Position numbers and translations under genes: made by a program. From an uncultured Chloroflexia bacterium (lineage in GTDB: Bacteria; Chloroflexota; Chloroflexia; QHBQ01; JADMIH01), in assembly GCA_963797095.1 (NCBI GenBank), contig CAWCNY010000006.1, positions 448,001 through 512,000 on the forward strand: a stretch of DNA of 64,000 nucleotides. The letters are read 5' to 3'. Positions 19,898 to 28,430 of the stretch are shown one piece after another; position 1 is the stretch's first letter, and the number at the start of each line of letters is the position of its first letter. Below the pieces are notes generated by a model. It did no database searches, was not told the origin of the DNA, and worked only from the letters and a program-made list of their open reading frames with translations.

Positions 19898-19997
19898 AGC
19901 AAGAGCCTCCGGCGGGTAGCCTACCCTCACGCCCATTATAGTCCTCGCTGAGTTTTATGCAAGCACTCCTTTCCATAATTGCTTGACTTCGAGGCTA

Positions 19998-20053
19998 TGA
20001 GAGATATTTGAGAGACGATTCGAGAGAACACTGAGAGAACAGGCTGTTACGAT
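19998..20053 (+). promoter_or_regulatory. SARP-type direct-repeat operator plus -10 box
   Basis: (T/C)GAGAGA at 19998, 20009, 20021 and 20032 (11-12 bp period), then TACGAT at 20048. Confidence 0.65.
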
Positions 20054-20127
20054 AAGGCCATAAGTTGAGCGCGGCGGGTAGCGCCGATAGCAAGAAAGCA
20101 ATCATTACCGAAAAGGAGATTACGACG

Positions 20128-20412
20128 ATGATTTATCTGTTGGTCCGGCATAACGTCGAGGACTATGCCAAGTGGAGGCCGGTGTACGATGGGCACGAGG
20201 CTTTCCGCAAGCAGATCGGCTCGAAAGGCGCTCGCGTGCTGCGCGATGCTAATGATCCGACGAACGTGGTGGTGATCACCGAGTGGGCAAACGAGCAGGA
20301 TGCACAGAATTTCGCGGAGTCACCCAATCTGCATGAAACGATGGGCCGCGCCGGTGTGGTTGGTAAGCCGGACATCTACTACCTGGAGGAGATCGACCGC
20401 CAACCGGCCTAA
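20128..20412 (+). CDS. Small dimeric alpha/beta-barrel (ABM/cyclase-like) protein
   Basis: LLVRHNVEDYAKWRPVYD...DPTNVVVITEW...MGRAGVVGKP; AAGGAG RBS. Confidence 0.75.
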   Translation: MIYLLVRHNVEDYAKWRPVYDGHEAFRKQIGSKGARVLRDANDPTNVVVITEWANEQDAQNFAESPNLHETMGRAGVVGKPDIYYLEEIDRQPA

Positions 20413-20442
20413 TCGGTCTGATACGAGTGAAGTAGAGAGTAG

Positions 20443-20476
20443 GGTGCACAGGATCTCTTGGTCTTGTGCACCTTTT
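20443..20476 (+). terminator. Rho-independent terminator
   Basis: GGTGCACAGGATC...GTCTTGTGCACC-TTTT. Confidence 0.6.
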
Positions 20477-20664
20477 GCTATTTGCGTGCAGTGAGGATTC
20501 TTATGCGCCTCGTATACTGAGTGGCACTGATGGTACGAAACGGGACAGGTTTTGGAATGTACTTTGGTACAGTTTCTTCTGGTGGATTGCGTATGGAGGA
20601 TGGGTAGAAAGGGGTATAATGGAAGTCCAGCTACCGGCTGATTGCTTGTATGCGAGAGTGATCT

Positions 20665-23600
20665 ATGACTACCTTCTGTCCCAATTGCCGACAATGGAGC
20701 GCTTTGCCCGCCGACCTGGGGGTGATGCAAGGCAACACCCTTGTAATGCCGAAGTGCGAACACTGCGGGGTCGTCCTGCCTGTGGAAGGACGCTACGGGT
20801 TGTGCGCTGAGTGCGGGCGATATCACAGGACAGATTATGAGATTTGCCCATTCAAGGTCGATGGACTTGATACTGGTGCCTCTGCGACCGAGTCACCCGG
20901 ACCTTACAGCATCGAAGCTCAGAAGCGACGGCCCAAGAAGCGCAGCGACGAGTATTACTGGCAATTGTACTTTGATTATCGGGACAAGCAGGATGAGGAT
21001 AGCACAGGGCCTCAGGTACCGAGCGCCGGGCCTGCCGAGGAGAGCAGCACAGAAGAGGAACCGCCCCACCCGGCTGATATGGCCGGCTATGTGCCCGCTG
21101 GCAGTAACGGCAATGGATATGGGCGTACCCCCTACGGTAATGGGGCAAACGGCGGATTGTATGGGCATGGCACGAACGGCAACGGCAACGGTAAGGGTAA
21201 CGGGTATGCTAATGGCAATGGTAAGAAGAACGGCCATGGCGCTGCCACCAGGGTTGACCTGGCAGTGGCGGAAAGTGTGTCACTGACCCTCTTTCCTGAG
21301 ATTGAGGCCGTCGAGTCTGTAGAAGAAGCAGCGCCTACGCATGTTAGCTCTGCTGGAAACTACAACGAGTTCGAATATGAATTGATTAGCGACCCGTCGA
21401 GGCTGGCCGAGGTGGCGGAGCTACTGGCTTCGGAGAAAGTAGTGGGCCTGGATACGGAAACTACCGGGTTGGACCCCTACACAGCCGCGCTATTGCTGTT
21501 GCAGGTGAGCACCACCGATAGGGTCTATATAGTTGACTGCAAGCGCGTGGTGCCCCTGGCTTTGAAGCCGCTGCTGGAAAATCCCGATGTCATGAAGGTT
21601 GCGCAGAACGCCAAGTTCGAATACGTGATGCTGCGGCAGCAGGCAGGGATCACTGTCAATAACCTGTTCGACACAATGCTCGCCGAGCGGCTCTTGACGG
21701 CTGGGATCGGGCGCGAGATTTCATTGAAGGCCATCGCACACAAGTATATCGGGGCAACGCTTGACAAGAGCGTGCGCGAGAGCTTCTATAAGCTGGCGAT
21801 GCACGGTGATGCCTACCTGGCCCCTGAGCAATTGCATTACGCGGCGCGGGACGCATACATCATGATCCCGGTGTGGCGGCAGATACTGCCCGATTTGAAG
21901 AAGCAAAGGCTGGTGCAGGTGGCAGAGCTTGAGTTCAGGTGCATACCTGCGGTGGGCGACCTGGAGCTTGCGGGCGTGCAGATCGACGTGGATCGCTGGC
22001 GCAAGATCATCGCGGATGTAGCTGTGCAGCGTGAGAAATCGGCTGAGGAGTTGAGCGAATTGCTGGCGCCCGCAACCATGCAGGCCACTATGTTCGGGGT
22101 GCCTTCGATAAACCTGAACTCGAACGTGCAATTGCTCGATGCATTCGCAACCCTTGGTGTGAATCTGCCCGACACAATGGAGGCAACGCTGGTGAAGTTC
22201 GACCACCCGGCGGTTGCCAAATTGCTGGAATATAGATCGCACGAGAAGACGCTATCGGCTTTCGGGGAGAACGTGCTTGGCCTGATAAACTCACGGACGG
22301 GAAGAATACACCCCGACTTCAACCAGTACGGGGCCGATACCGGACGCTTCTCCTGTACCAAGCCCAACGTGCAGCAAATCCCTGCAACTTCCGATTTCCG
22401 TAAATGTTTCGTAGCCGCGCCAGGCTATAAGCTGGTCACCTGCGTAGCGGCCGGCACGCGCATAGCCACCACGCGAGGACTTCTTCCCATTGAAGATGTC
22501 GAAGTAGGCGACCGCGTGCTGCAGGAAGACGGGTCAGCAAGATGCGCCAATCGCGTCATCAATCAAGGCATAAGACCCACAGTGAAGATCAAGACCTCCC
22601 TAGGATATGAAATCGAGGCGACCCCCGAGCACCGGGTAAGGGTCATAGATGGCGATGGCTGCTACGTTTGGCGAGAGGTCCAGCATCTGGCTGAAACCGA
22701 TCGTATAGCTATCAAGCTGGCTACACCTTTCTGCGAGAACGCTGTACCGCCTGCTCTGGAATATGCCGAGTCGGAGCATTGCAACTCTGTGAACAGGAAG
22801 CTACCCGAGAGTGTCACACCTGAATTGGCGACGCTGTTCGGCTATATCACTGGTGACGGCACGCTATGCGAGGACTACGTCGGATCGGTCGTTAACGCTC
22901 AGGACGAAGATCTGGCCGAACACCTGGCTCAATCGGCCGATAGACTTTTCGCTATTCAGGGAAGGACCTACACTTACAGAGGAGTAATAGAGCACCGTCT
23001 CCATAGTAAGCAACTACTTAAGTGGCTGAGAAAAGCCGGGGTAGCCAAAGACAGGGTGCCTTCTATCCTGTGGACTTCAAGCACGAACCTTATCGCTGCC
23101 TATCTACGGGGTCTCTTTGAAGCTGACGGATCTGTTCAGAATACAAACACCGGACGCATCAGTTTCTCGACCATTCACGAGCAACTCGCCCGGGAGGTGC
23201 AGCAACTTCTCGCAGCTTTAGGTATTGCATCGGCCAGGAAGAAGGTTGAACATGGCAAAGGAATTGGCTACATTTGGGTCATTACCATCCCTTCTAATTG
23301 GAAAAGCAGATTTCGGCGAGAGGTAGGCTTCCTATCTCAACGCAAGAGGAATGCTCTGGATGCTCTGATACTCACCTATAAGGTAAATCAGCACACGGGT
23401 GGGATGCCAATTTTGAGGGCCAGGGCGCGAGCGCTCGCCGGCAAGGAGTCTGGAGAGGTCAACTTGCTGCTGGCGAATACTCGCTTCCGTGGGAGCGTGG
23501 TCTCCGAGGATCTATCCAGGCAGATCAGGGAGGTGTCTGCCACAGCATATGCTCAGCTGGAACTCTACAGAGTAGTAGAATATTCCGTTATCTTCGATAT

Positions 23601-25458
23601 GGTCAAGTCGGTGGCACCAGGTGAAACGCAGTTGGTGTATGATCTGACTGTAGAAGGCACATCCACATATGTGAGCCATGGCTTCGTCAGCCACAATTGC
23701 GATTACTCGCAGGCCGAGCTTCGTATACTCGCAGAGCTGAGTGGAGATGAGGCTTTCGTGAGCGCGTTCAAATCGGGGCAAGACCTTCACACCCTCACAG
23801 CGTCGCAGATGTTCGGCGTGCCTGTTGACCAGGTGCAGAAACCGCAACGGTCGGCTGCTAAGGCGATCAACTTCGGTTTGGCTTATGGCATGGGGCCAGG
23901 CGGCCTCGCTCCCCGCCTGGGTGTGAGCCTCGACGAATCGAAGAGCCTGATCTCCAAGTATTTCGCGGCTTATCCGGGCATACAACGGTGGCTGGACAAA
24001 GCGGCCAAGGACGCAGTCAGGTTGGGGTACAGTGTCACACCATTGGGCAGGAAGCGCTTCTACAATATGCCCGACGAAAGCCTGAAGCGGCAAAACGAGG
24101 ATGAATGGCGCAGACAGATAGGGGCGATTGAGCGTCAGGGCAAAAATTCACCAATTCAAGGTTGTGTTGTAGGGAGCACCCGCATATTTGAGGAAACGCA
24201 CGGGTATGTGCCCATCGAGAGCTTGCGTGGACAGGTGGTATCGGTTTGGGATGGTACAACTTTCTCGCAGGCCGTGGTGGTGTACAGCGGCAAGAAGCAG
24301 CTAGTGCGCATACATCTGTGGGATGGCAACTATATTGAGTGCAGCCCCGACCATCGCTTCCTTGTGCGGCCTACAACCGGCAGCGATATGTGGAAGACAC
24401 CTGCGGAGTTCAAGGCACAGAATAAACTCATACTTGGTGAGGCGGTGCCACCCTGGTCGCTGGTGCCGACAATGCCTGTACGCAGGCATAGCCCGGTGTG
24501 GAATGCCAAAAACGTGAGCTTGAGTCAGATTACCGATCCTGCGGCGTTAGGCGAATGGCTTGGGCGGCTGGCCTCGGATGGCTCGCTGCATAATGGAGCG
24601 GCATGCCTGCTGGTGGCCGAGCACGAGGAAGAAGTACTATTGCCACGACTGCGTGAGATCAGCCCTCAACTTGGGTATGTAGGATACAGCGTGCGCTCTA
24701 CCCTGGAGAAGCCAAAGCGTTTCCATAGGTTGAACATCTCATCGCGAGCCATAGTCCATGAGCTTAGAGAACTGGGCATCAAGGAGCGCGTGCCTGATTG
24801 CGCGTGGCAGAATGGTGCTTTGCTTGCGGGTTATTTGCGCGGGATGTTCGACGGTGACGGCACCGTAAACAGAGATGATGCCTTTCTGGTCTTTGGTCGT
24901 GGGGCTAAACATCTGCGTTGGGCGCGCGAGATTCAGCAGGCGCTGCTCTTGTTTGGAATAAGGAGCCGAGTGAACGTATGCGCAGACCGGATCAATGTGC
25001 GCGTAGTTAAGAAGGATGTGCCGATTTTCTGCGAACAGATCGGATTCATGAACCCGCAAAAGCAGGCGAAAGCTGAGTCAGTATCGGCCCGAGTGACTGA
25101 CATAAACTATGGACGTGGAGTGCGCGTGAAGTCGGTCGAGTTCACCGACAAGTGGGTCGATATGTACGATGTTGTCAACAGCCAAACCGCACGGTTTATG
25201 GCGAACGGCTTGATAGTGCACAATTGCAACGCAGATATGACTAAGTTGGCGCTTATCAATTTGCGCGCTGCTTTGCGCCGTTGGGACGCCCGTACCGTGA
25301 ACACGGTGCATGACGAGATCGTGGTTGAAGCGCGGGAAGATCAGGCCGAGGAAGTGAAGCATATCGTTGAAGGGGCGATGATTGGCGCAGGGCAAGCCAT
25401 ATTGAAAGAGGTACCCATCCTGGCCGACGCTTCGATTGCAGATTACTGGAGCAAGTAA
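20665..25458 (+). CDS. polA: Family A DNA polymerase (3'-5' exonuclease + polymerase, no 5'-3' exonuclease) with two inteins and an N-terminal Zn-ribbon
   Basis: ExoI GLDTETTG, ExoII QNAKFE, ExoIII YAARDA; TGRFSCTKPNVQQIP; motif A DYSQAELR; motif B RSAAKAINFGLAYG; motif C VHDEIV. Confidence 0.92.
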   Translation: MTTFCPNCRQWSALPADLGVMQGNTLVMPKCEHCGVVLPVEGRYGLCAECGRYHRTDYEICPFKVDGLDTGASATESPGPYSIEAQKRRPKKRSDEYYWQLYFDYRDKQDEDSTGPQVPSAGPAEESSTEEEPPHPADMAGYVPAGSNGNGYGRTPYGNGANGGLYGHGTNGNGNGKGNGYANGNGKKNGHGAATRVDLAVAESVSLTLFPEIEAVESVEEAAPTHVSSAGNYNEFEYELISDPSRLAEVAELLASEKVVGLDTETTGLDPYTAALLLLQVSTTDRVYIVDCKRVVPLALKPLLENPDVMKVAQNAKFEYVMLRQQAGITVNNLFDTMLAERLLTAGIGREISLKAIAHKYIGATLDKSVRESFYKLAMHGDAYLAPEQLHYAARDAYIMIPVWRQILPDLKKQRLVQVAELEFRCIPAVGDLELAGVQIDVDRWRKIIADVAVQREKSAEELSELLAPATMQATMFGVPSINLNSNVQLLDAFATLGVNLPDTMEATLVKFDHPAVAKLLEYRSHEKTLSAFGENVLGLINSRTGRIHPDFNQYGADTGRFSCTKPNVQQIPATSDFRKCFVAAPGYKLVTCVAAGTRIATTRGLLPIEDVEVGDRVLQEDGSARCANRVINQGIRPTVKIKTSLGYEIEATPEHRVRVIDGDGCYVWREVQHLAETDRIAIKLATPFCENAVPPALEYAESEHCNSVNRKLPESVTPELATLFGYITGDGTLCEDYVGSVVNAQDEDLAEHLAQSADRLFAIQGRTYTYRGVIEHRLHSKQLLKWLRKAGVAKDRVPSILWTSSTNLIAAYLRGLFEADGSVQNTNTGRISFSTIHEQLAREVQQLLAALGIASARKKVEHGKGIGYIWVITIPSNWKSRFRREVGFLSQRKRNALDALILTYKVNQHTGGMPILRARARALAGKESGEVNLLLANTRFRGSVVSEDLSRQIREVSATAYAQLELYRVVEYSVIFDMVKSVAPGETQLVYDLTVEGTSTYVSHGFVSHNCDYSQAELRILAELSGDEAFVSAFKSGQDLHTLTASQMFGVPVDQVQKPQRSAAKAINFGLAYGMGPGGLAPRLGVSLDESKSLISKYFAAYPGIQRWLDKAAKDAVRLGYSVTPLGRKRFYNMPDESLKRQNEDEWRRQIGAIERQGKNSPIQGCVVGSTRIFEETHGYVPIESLRGQVVSVWDGTTFSQAVVVYSGKKQLVRIHLWDGNYIECSPDHRFLVRPTTGSDMWKTPAEFKAQNKLILGEAVPPWSLVPTMPVRRHSPVWNAKNVSLSQITDPAALGEWLGRLASDGSLHNGAACLLVAEHEEEVLLPRLREISPQLGYVGYSVRSTLEKPKRFHRLNISSRAIVHELRELGIKERVPDCAWQNGALLAGYLRGMFDGDGTVNRDDAFLVFGRGAKHLRWAREIQQALLLFGIRSRVNVCADRINVRVVKKDVPIFCEQIGFMNPQKQAKAESVSARVTDINYGRGVRVKSVEFTDKWVDMYDVVNSQTARFMANGLIVHNCNADMTKLALINLRAALRRWDARTVNTVHDEIVVEAREDQAEEVKHIVEGAMIGAGQAILKEVPILADASIADYWSK
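22441..23697 (+). mobile_element. Intein 1 (419 aa) with LAGLIDADG homing endonuclease, inserted at polymerase motif A
   Basis: KLVT/CVAAGTRI ... TPEHRV ... LFGYITGDG ... YLRGLFEADG ... VYDLTVEG...VSHN/CDYSQ. Confidence 0.93.
24163..25224 (+). mobile_element. Intein 2 (354 aa) with LAGLIDADG homing endonuclease, inserted after NSPIQG
   Basis: PIQG/CVVGSTRI ... SPDHRF ... WLGRLASDG ... YLRGMFDGDG ... MYDVVN...IVHN/CNADMTK. Confidence 0.93.
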
Positions 25459-26007
25459 CGCATAGCGATTTCTTTACTGCTGGTGCTAGTACTAGGTTGT
25501 GGTACCGCGTTTTGCGGAAGTACACACAAGTGCTTGTTGCAGTCGCTTATTTATGGTATACTTGCGTTGACCGAGAGACACGTGCATTGGCTATGTGCAT
25601 GATGGCTCAAGGTTGTGCGTGATTGCTATTCTATAGAGATTTCCCTGATTGACACCGGGACTTGCAACTCTTGTTAGCGCTCACGCGTTGATTTGTTCAG
25701 AGGATTTTGTCTGGACATCGACAGGGTACGTATAGCCAACCTTGAAATCGGGCACTCTTTTGCCCAGACCTTGAGCCCCGGGCCTTGAGCATGGTATTCT
25801 CGATGTGAGAGGCATGTTGATACTACCCATTATGTCTGCGTAAGGTTCCGCCCAGTACATTGCTGTCGGGGTTCCAAGATACACGAAGGGAGACTGCGGC
25901 CTATGTAGGAGCCAAAGACGTGCTGTGTGGTCGCACGTAGCGGCCCTATCCTTGGACCCACTGGGGTTTATCGTTTTAGTCGTGACATACTCACGTTGGA
26001 GGGATAG

Positions 26008-27420
26008 ATGAGGAAGAACATCCTATCATGGTTACGCCTGCTGGCGGTACTCATAATGGCTATGCCTGCGTTTGCAGCACAACCTGCTGTCGCGCAGGGT
26101 AATTGCCGCACCTTTGCCGAGACGGCAAAGACGGTGTGCGACCAGTTCCTTGCTTATTGGAACGCCAACGGTGGGTTGGCGCAACAGGGTTTCCCGATCT
26201 CGGAAGTGCTGTCTGAAACCAGTGATACAGATGGCAAGATATACACCGTGCAGTATTTTGAACGGGCAGTGTTCGAAATGCACCCTGAATTCGCGGGCAC
26301 ACCGAACGAGGTATTGCTGCAACTGCTGGGTGTTTACTTCTGGAACAGGCGCTACTCCAGTGCTGCGCCGAATCAGGTTGCCAACTCAGACCCAGGTGCT
26401 CGTGTGTACCCGGAGACGGGCAAGACCCTTGGCGGCACTTTCCAGCAGTATTGGGATTCGCATGGCGGCTTAAGACAGCAAGGCTACCCGATCTCCGATG
26501 AATTTATCGAGGTCAACGACCTCGACGGTAAGCCTTACAGAGTGCAGTACTTCGAGCGAGCAGTGTTCGAATACCACCCTGAATATGCGGGTACACCGAA
26601 CGAGGTATTGCTGTCGCAGGTAGGCACGTTTGCTGAGCGGATCAGGCACGCCCCAGTTGCTCCACCCACATCTACCCCTGCCCCGGTACAGCCGACAGCC
26701 ACTCCTATACCGGCACAGCCTACGCCTACCACCCCATCGGCTCCTCCGCCTTCGGACCCGTGCGCCGGTATACCGCCAAGCACCGATGCGTCTGTCACGC
26801 CCCCCTGCGGCCCGGCCGGAAGCAGGTTCACATTCAGTGGCAGGGGTTTCCAGCCCGGCGAGAATGTGGGCGTGTATGTTACCACGCCTGACGGCGCTGT
26901 GTATGGCGCTAATTTCCAGGTTGAGGCCGACTCAAATGGGCAGGTGGGCGGTGTCTACATAGATACCCTGCCCGGCGACCCTACAGGCATATGGGCTGTG
27001 ACCTACGAAGGCGTTACCACTCACAAGAAATCTATCGGCTACTTCAAGGTGTACTCTAATACTCCGCCTACTCCTACACCCGTTGCGGGTGGTGGCGGTG
27101 GCGGCACTTGCGATACCTCGGGCAGCGTGAACGGCACGGCTACGCCCAATTCAGGCGGCCCTGGTACAGTCATTGTATTCAGGGCAACCGGCTTCACCCC
27201 AGGCGAAGACGTTTCTTACTGGCTTACTTTGCCCGATGGTAGCGTGGTTGGCACCAGTTCACCCGTACCTGACGGTGTCAACTCCGACGGTTCGGTAGGC
27301 CCACTCTCGCTCACGATCACCTCAGGCCTTGCGAGTTTGGCCTCAGGCCGCTGGGCGATCACCTTCGAGGGTGCGAGCAGCCATCACCAGGCGATTATCT
27401 ACTTCTGCGTGCACCAGTAA
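26008..27420 (+). CDS. Secreted protein with two 'FxETG...QYFER' modules, a Pro/Thr linker and two Ig-like repeats
   Basis: Signal peptide; duplicated YWxxxGGLxQQGxPIS...VQYFERAVFExHPE; duplicated GFxPGExV...PDG domains. Confidence 0.8.
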   Translation: MRKNILSWLRLLAVLIMAMPAFAAQPAVAQGNCRTFAETAKTVCDQFLAYWNANGGLAQQGFPISEVLSETSDTDGKIYTVQYFERAVFEMHPEFAGTPNEVLLQLLGVYFWNRRYSSAAPNQVANSDPGARVYPETGKTLGGTFQQYWDSHGGLRQQGYPISDEFIEVNDLDGKPYRVQYFERAVFEYHPEYAGTPNEVLLSQVGTFAERIRHAPVAPPTSTPAPVQPTATPIPAQPTPTTPSAPPPSDPCAGIPPSTDASVTPPCGPAGSRFTFSGRGFQPGENVGVYVTTPDGAVYGANFQVEADSNGQVGGVYIDTLPGDPTGIWAVTYEGVTTHKKSIGYFKVYSNTPPTPTPVAGGGGGGTCDTSGSVNGTATPNSGGPGTVIVFRATGFTPGEDVSYWLTLPDGSVVGTSSPVPDGVNSDGSVGPLSLTITSGLASLASGRWAITFEGASSHHQAIIYFCVHQ

Positions 27421-27445
27421 GGCAGGCGGATAATCCAATTCCAAG

Positions 27446-27484
27446 ATAAACAAAAATGGCGGCCAAGCCGCCATTTTTGTTTAT
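27446..27484. terminator. Palindrome, GGCGG-core family
   Basis: ATAAACAAAAATGGCGGC-CAA-GCCGCCATTTTTGTTTAT between convergent genes. Confidence 0.75.
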
Positions 27485-27519
27485 TCTAAAACTCTCATCC
27501 TCACAAGAAAAGGGAGGTG

Positions 27520-28296
27520 TCAGGGGATATACAGACCTTCTTTGCCCTCGTGGTGATCGACATTGGCATACGCCTCTATGAAGCGACGGATGCGGGCTTC
27601 GTCCAGCGTATCGAGGCGGTCGATACGGCCCCAACTGGTGAGTACAATAGAGTTGGAGAGACCGGGATAGGGAGACATGAGGACGTTGTTCTTCTCAGGA
27701 CTGGCGAGATATGCGTCTGTAATCTGGGCCAGTTTGTCTACGGCTGCCTGGTCGAGGTCGGGCTGATAGTTGATAACTACGCCCCCATCTTCGAGGCCGT
27801 GAACCTGAAGCTCCTTAGGTATGGGAGTGCTGTAGACCTGGAAGTTAGGAATATTGGCGGTGTGGGGGCCGGATGTGGGCGGGTCGGTGCTGTAGGGGGT
27901 GTGGGGATCGGTGGCGTTGGTCAAATGTGTTCGGTCAACCATCACGTCAACACCCTGGCCGGGTTTGCCCGCTTCGCGGATGATGAGCCACCCTACTATT
28001 GCCACTAGAGCGACCACCACGATGGCAATTATGCCGTACCTGCGGAGGTTAGCCTGGCGCTTACGCTGCTCGGCCTCGGCGCGGGCCTGGGCCTGGCGCT
28101 GGAGTCGCGCTTCTTTGCGGGCAGCTTCCTGGGCAGCCACTGCCTGGGCATCCACGGCAGCAGGCTTGGGCTTGGCTTGCTGGGTTTGGGCTTGTCGGGT
28201 TTGCTGACCTTGTTGACCTTGTTGGCGCTGCTGGCTCGATTGGTTCTGCCCGTAAGGTTGCTTGCGTTTTTGCTTGGAAGGATTCTTGGTGCTCAA
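27520..28296 (-). CDS. DUF3105 domain membrane protein
   Basis: One TM segment, then YSTDPPTSGPH and VHGLEDGGVVINY. Confidence 0.85.
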   Translation of the reverse strand: MSTKNPSKQKRKQPYGQNQSSQQRQQGQQGQQTRQAQTQQAKPKPAAVDAQAVAAQEAARKEARLQRQAQARAEAEQRKRQANLRRYGIIAIVVVALVAIVGWLIIREAGKPGQGVDVMVDRTHLTNATDPHTPYSTDPPTSGPHTANIPNFQVYSTPIPKELQVHGLEDGGVVINYQPDLDQAAVDKLAQITDAYLASPEKNNVLMSPYPGLSNSIVLTSWGRIDRLDTLDEARIRRFIEAYANVDHHEGKEGLYIP

Positions 28297-28430
28297 CTAT
28301 CTCTCCTGAATACTATAGCGGTGCTCCGGGATGGGAACCAGGACATGAGTATAATTCGCGTTCGTATTTATTGTACCATACTGGTTGGCAGTCGGTAGTC
28401 AGGAACCAAAAACCAGGAACTATAGTCCAA

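Noticed and set aside
20665-25458. Prophage origin of the intein-bearing polymerase
   Set aside because: No integrase, structural or other phage replication genes flank it.
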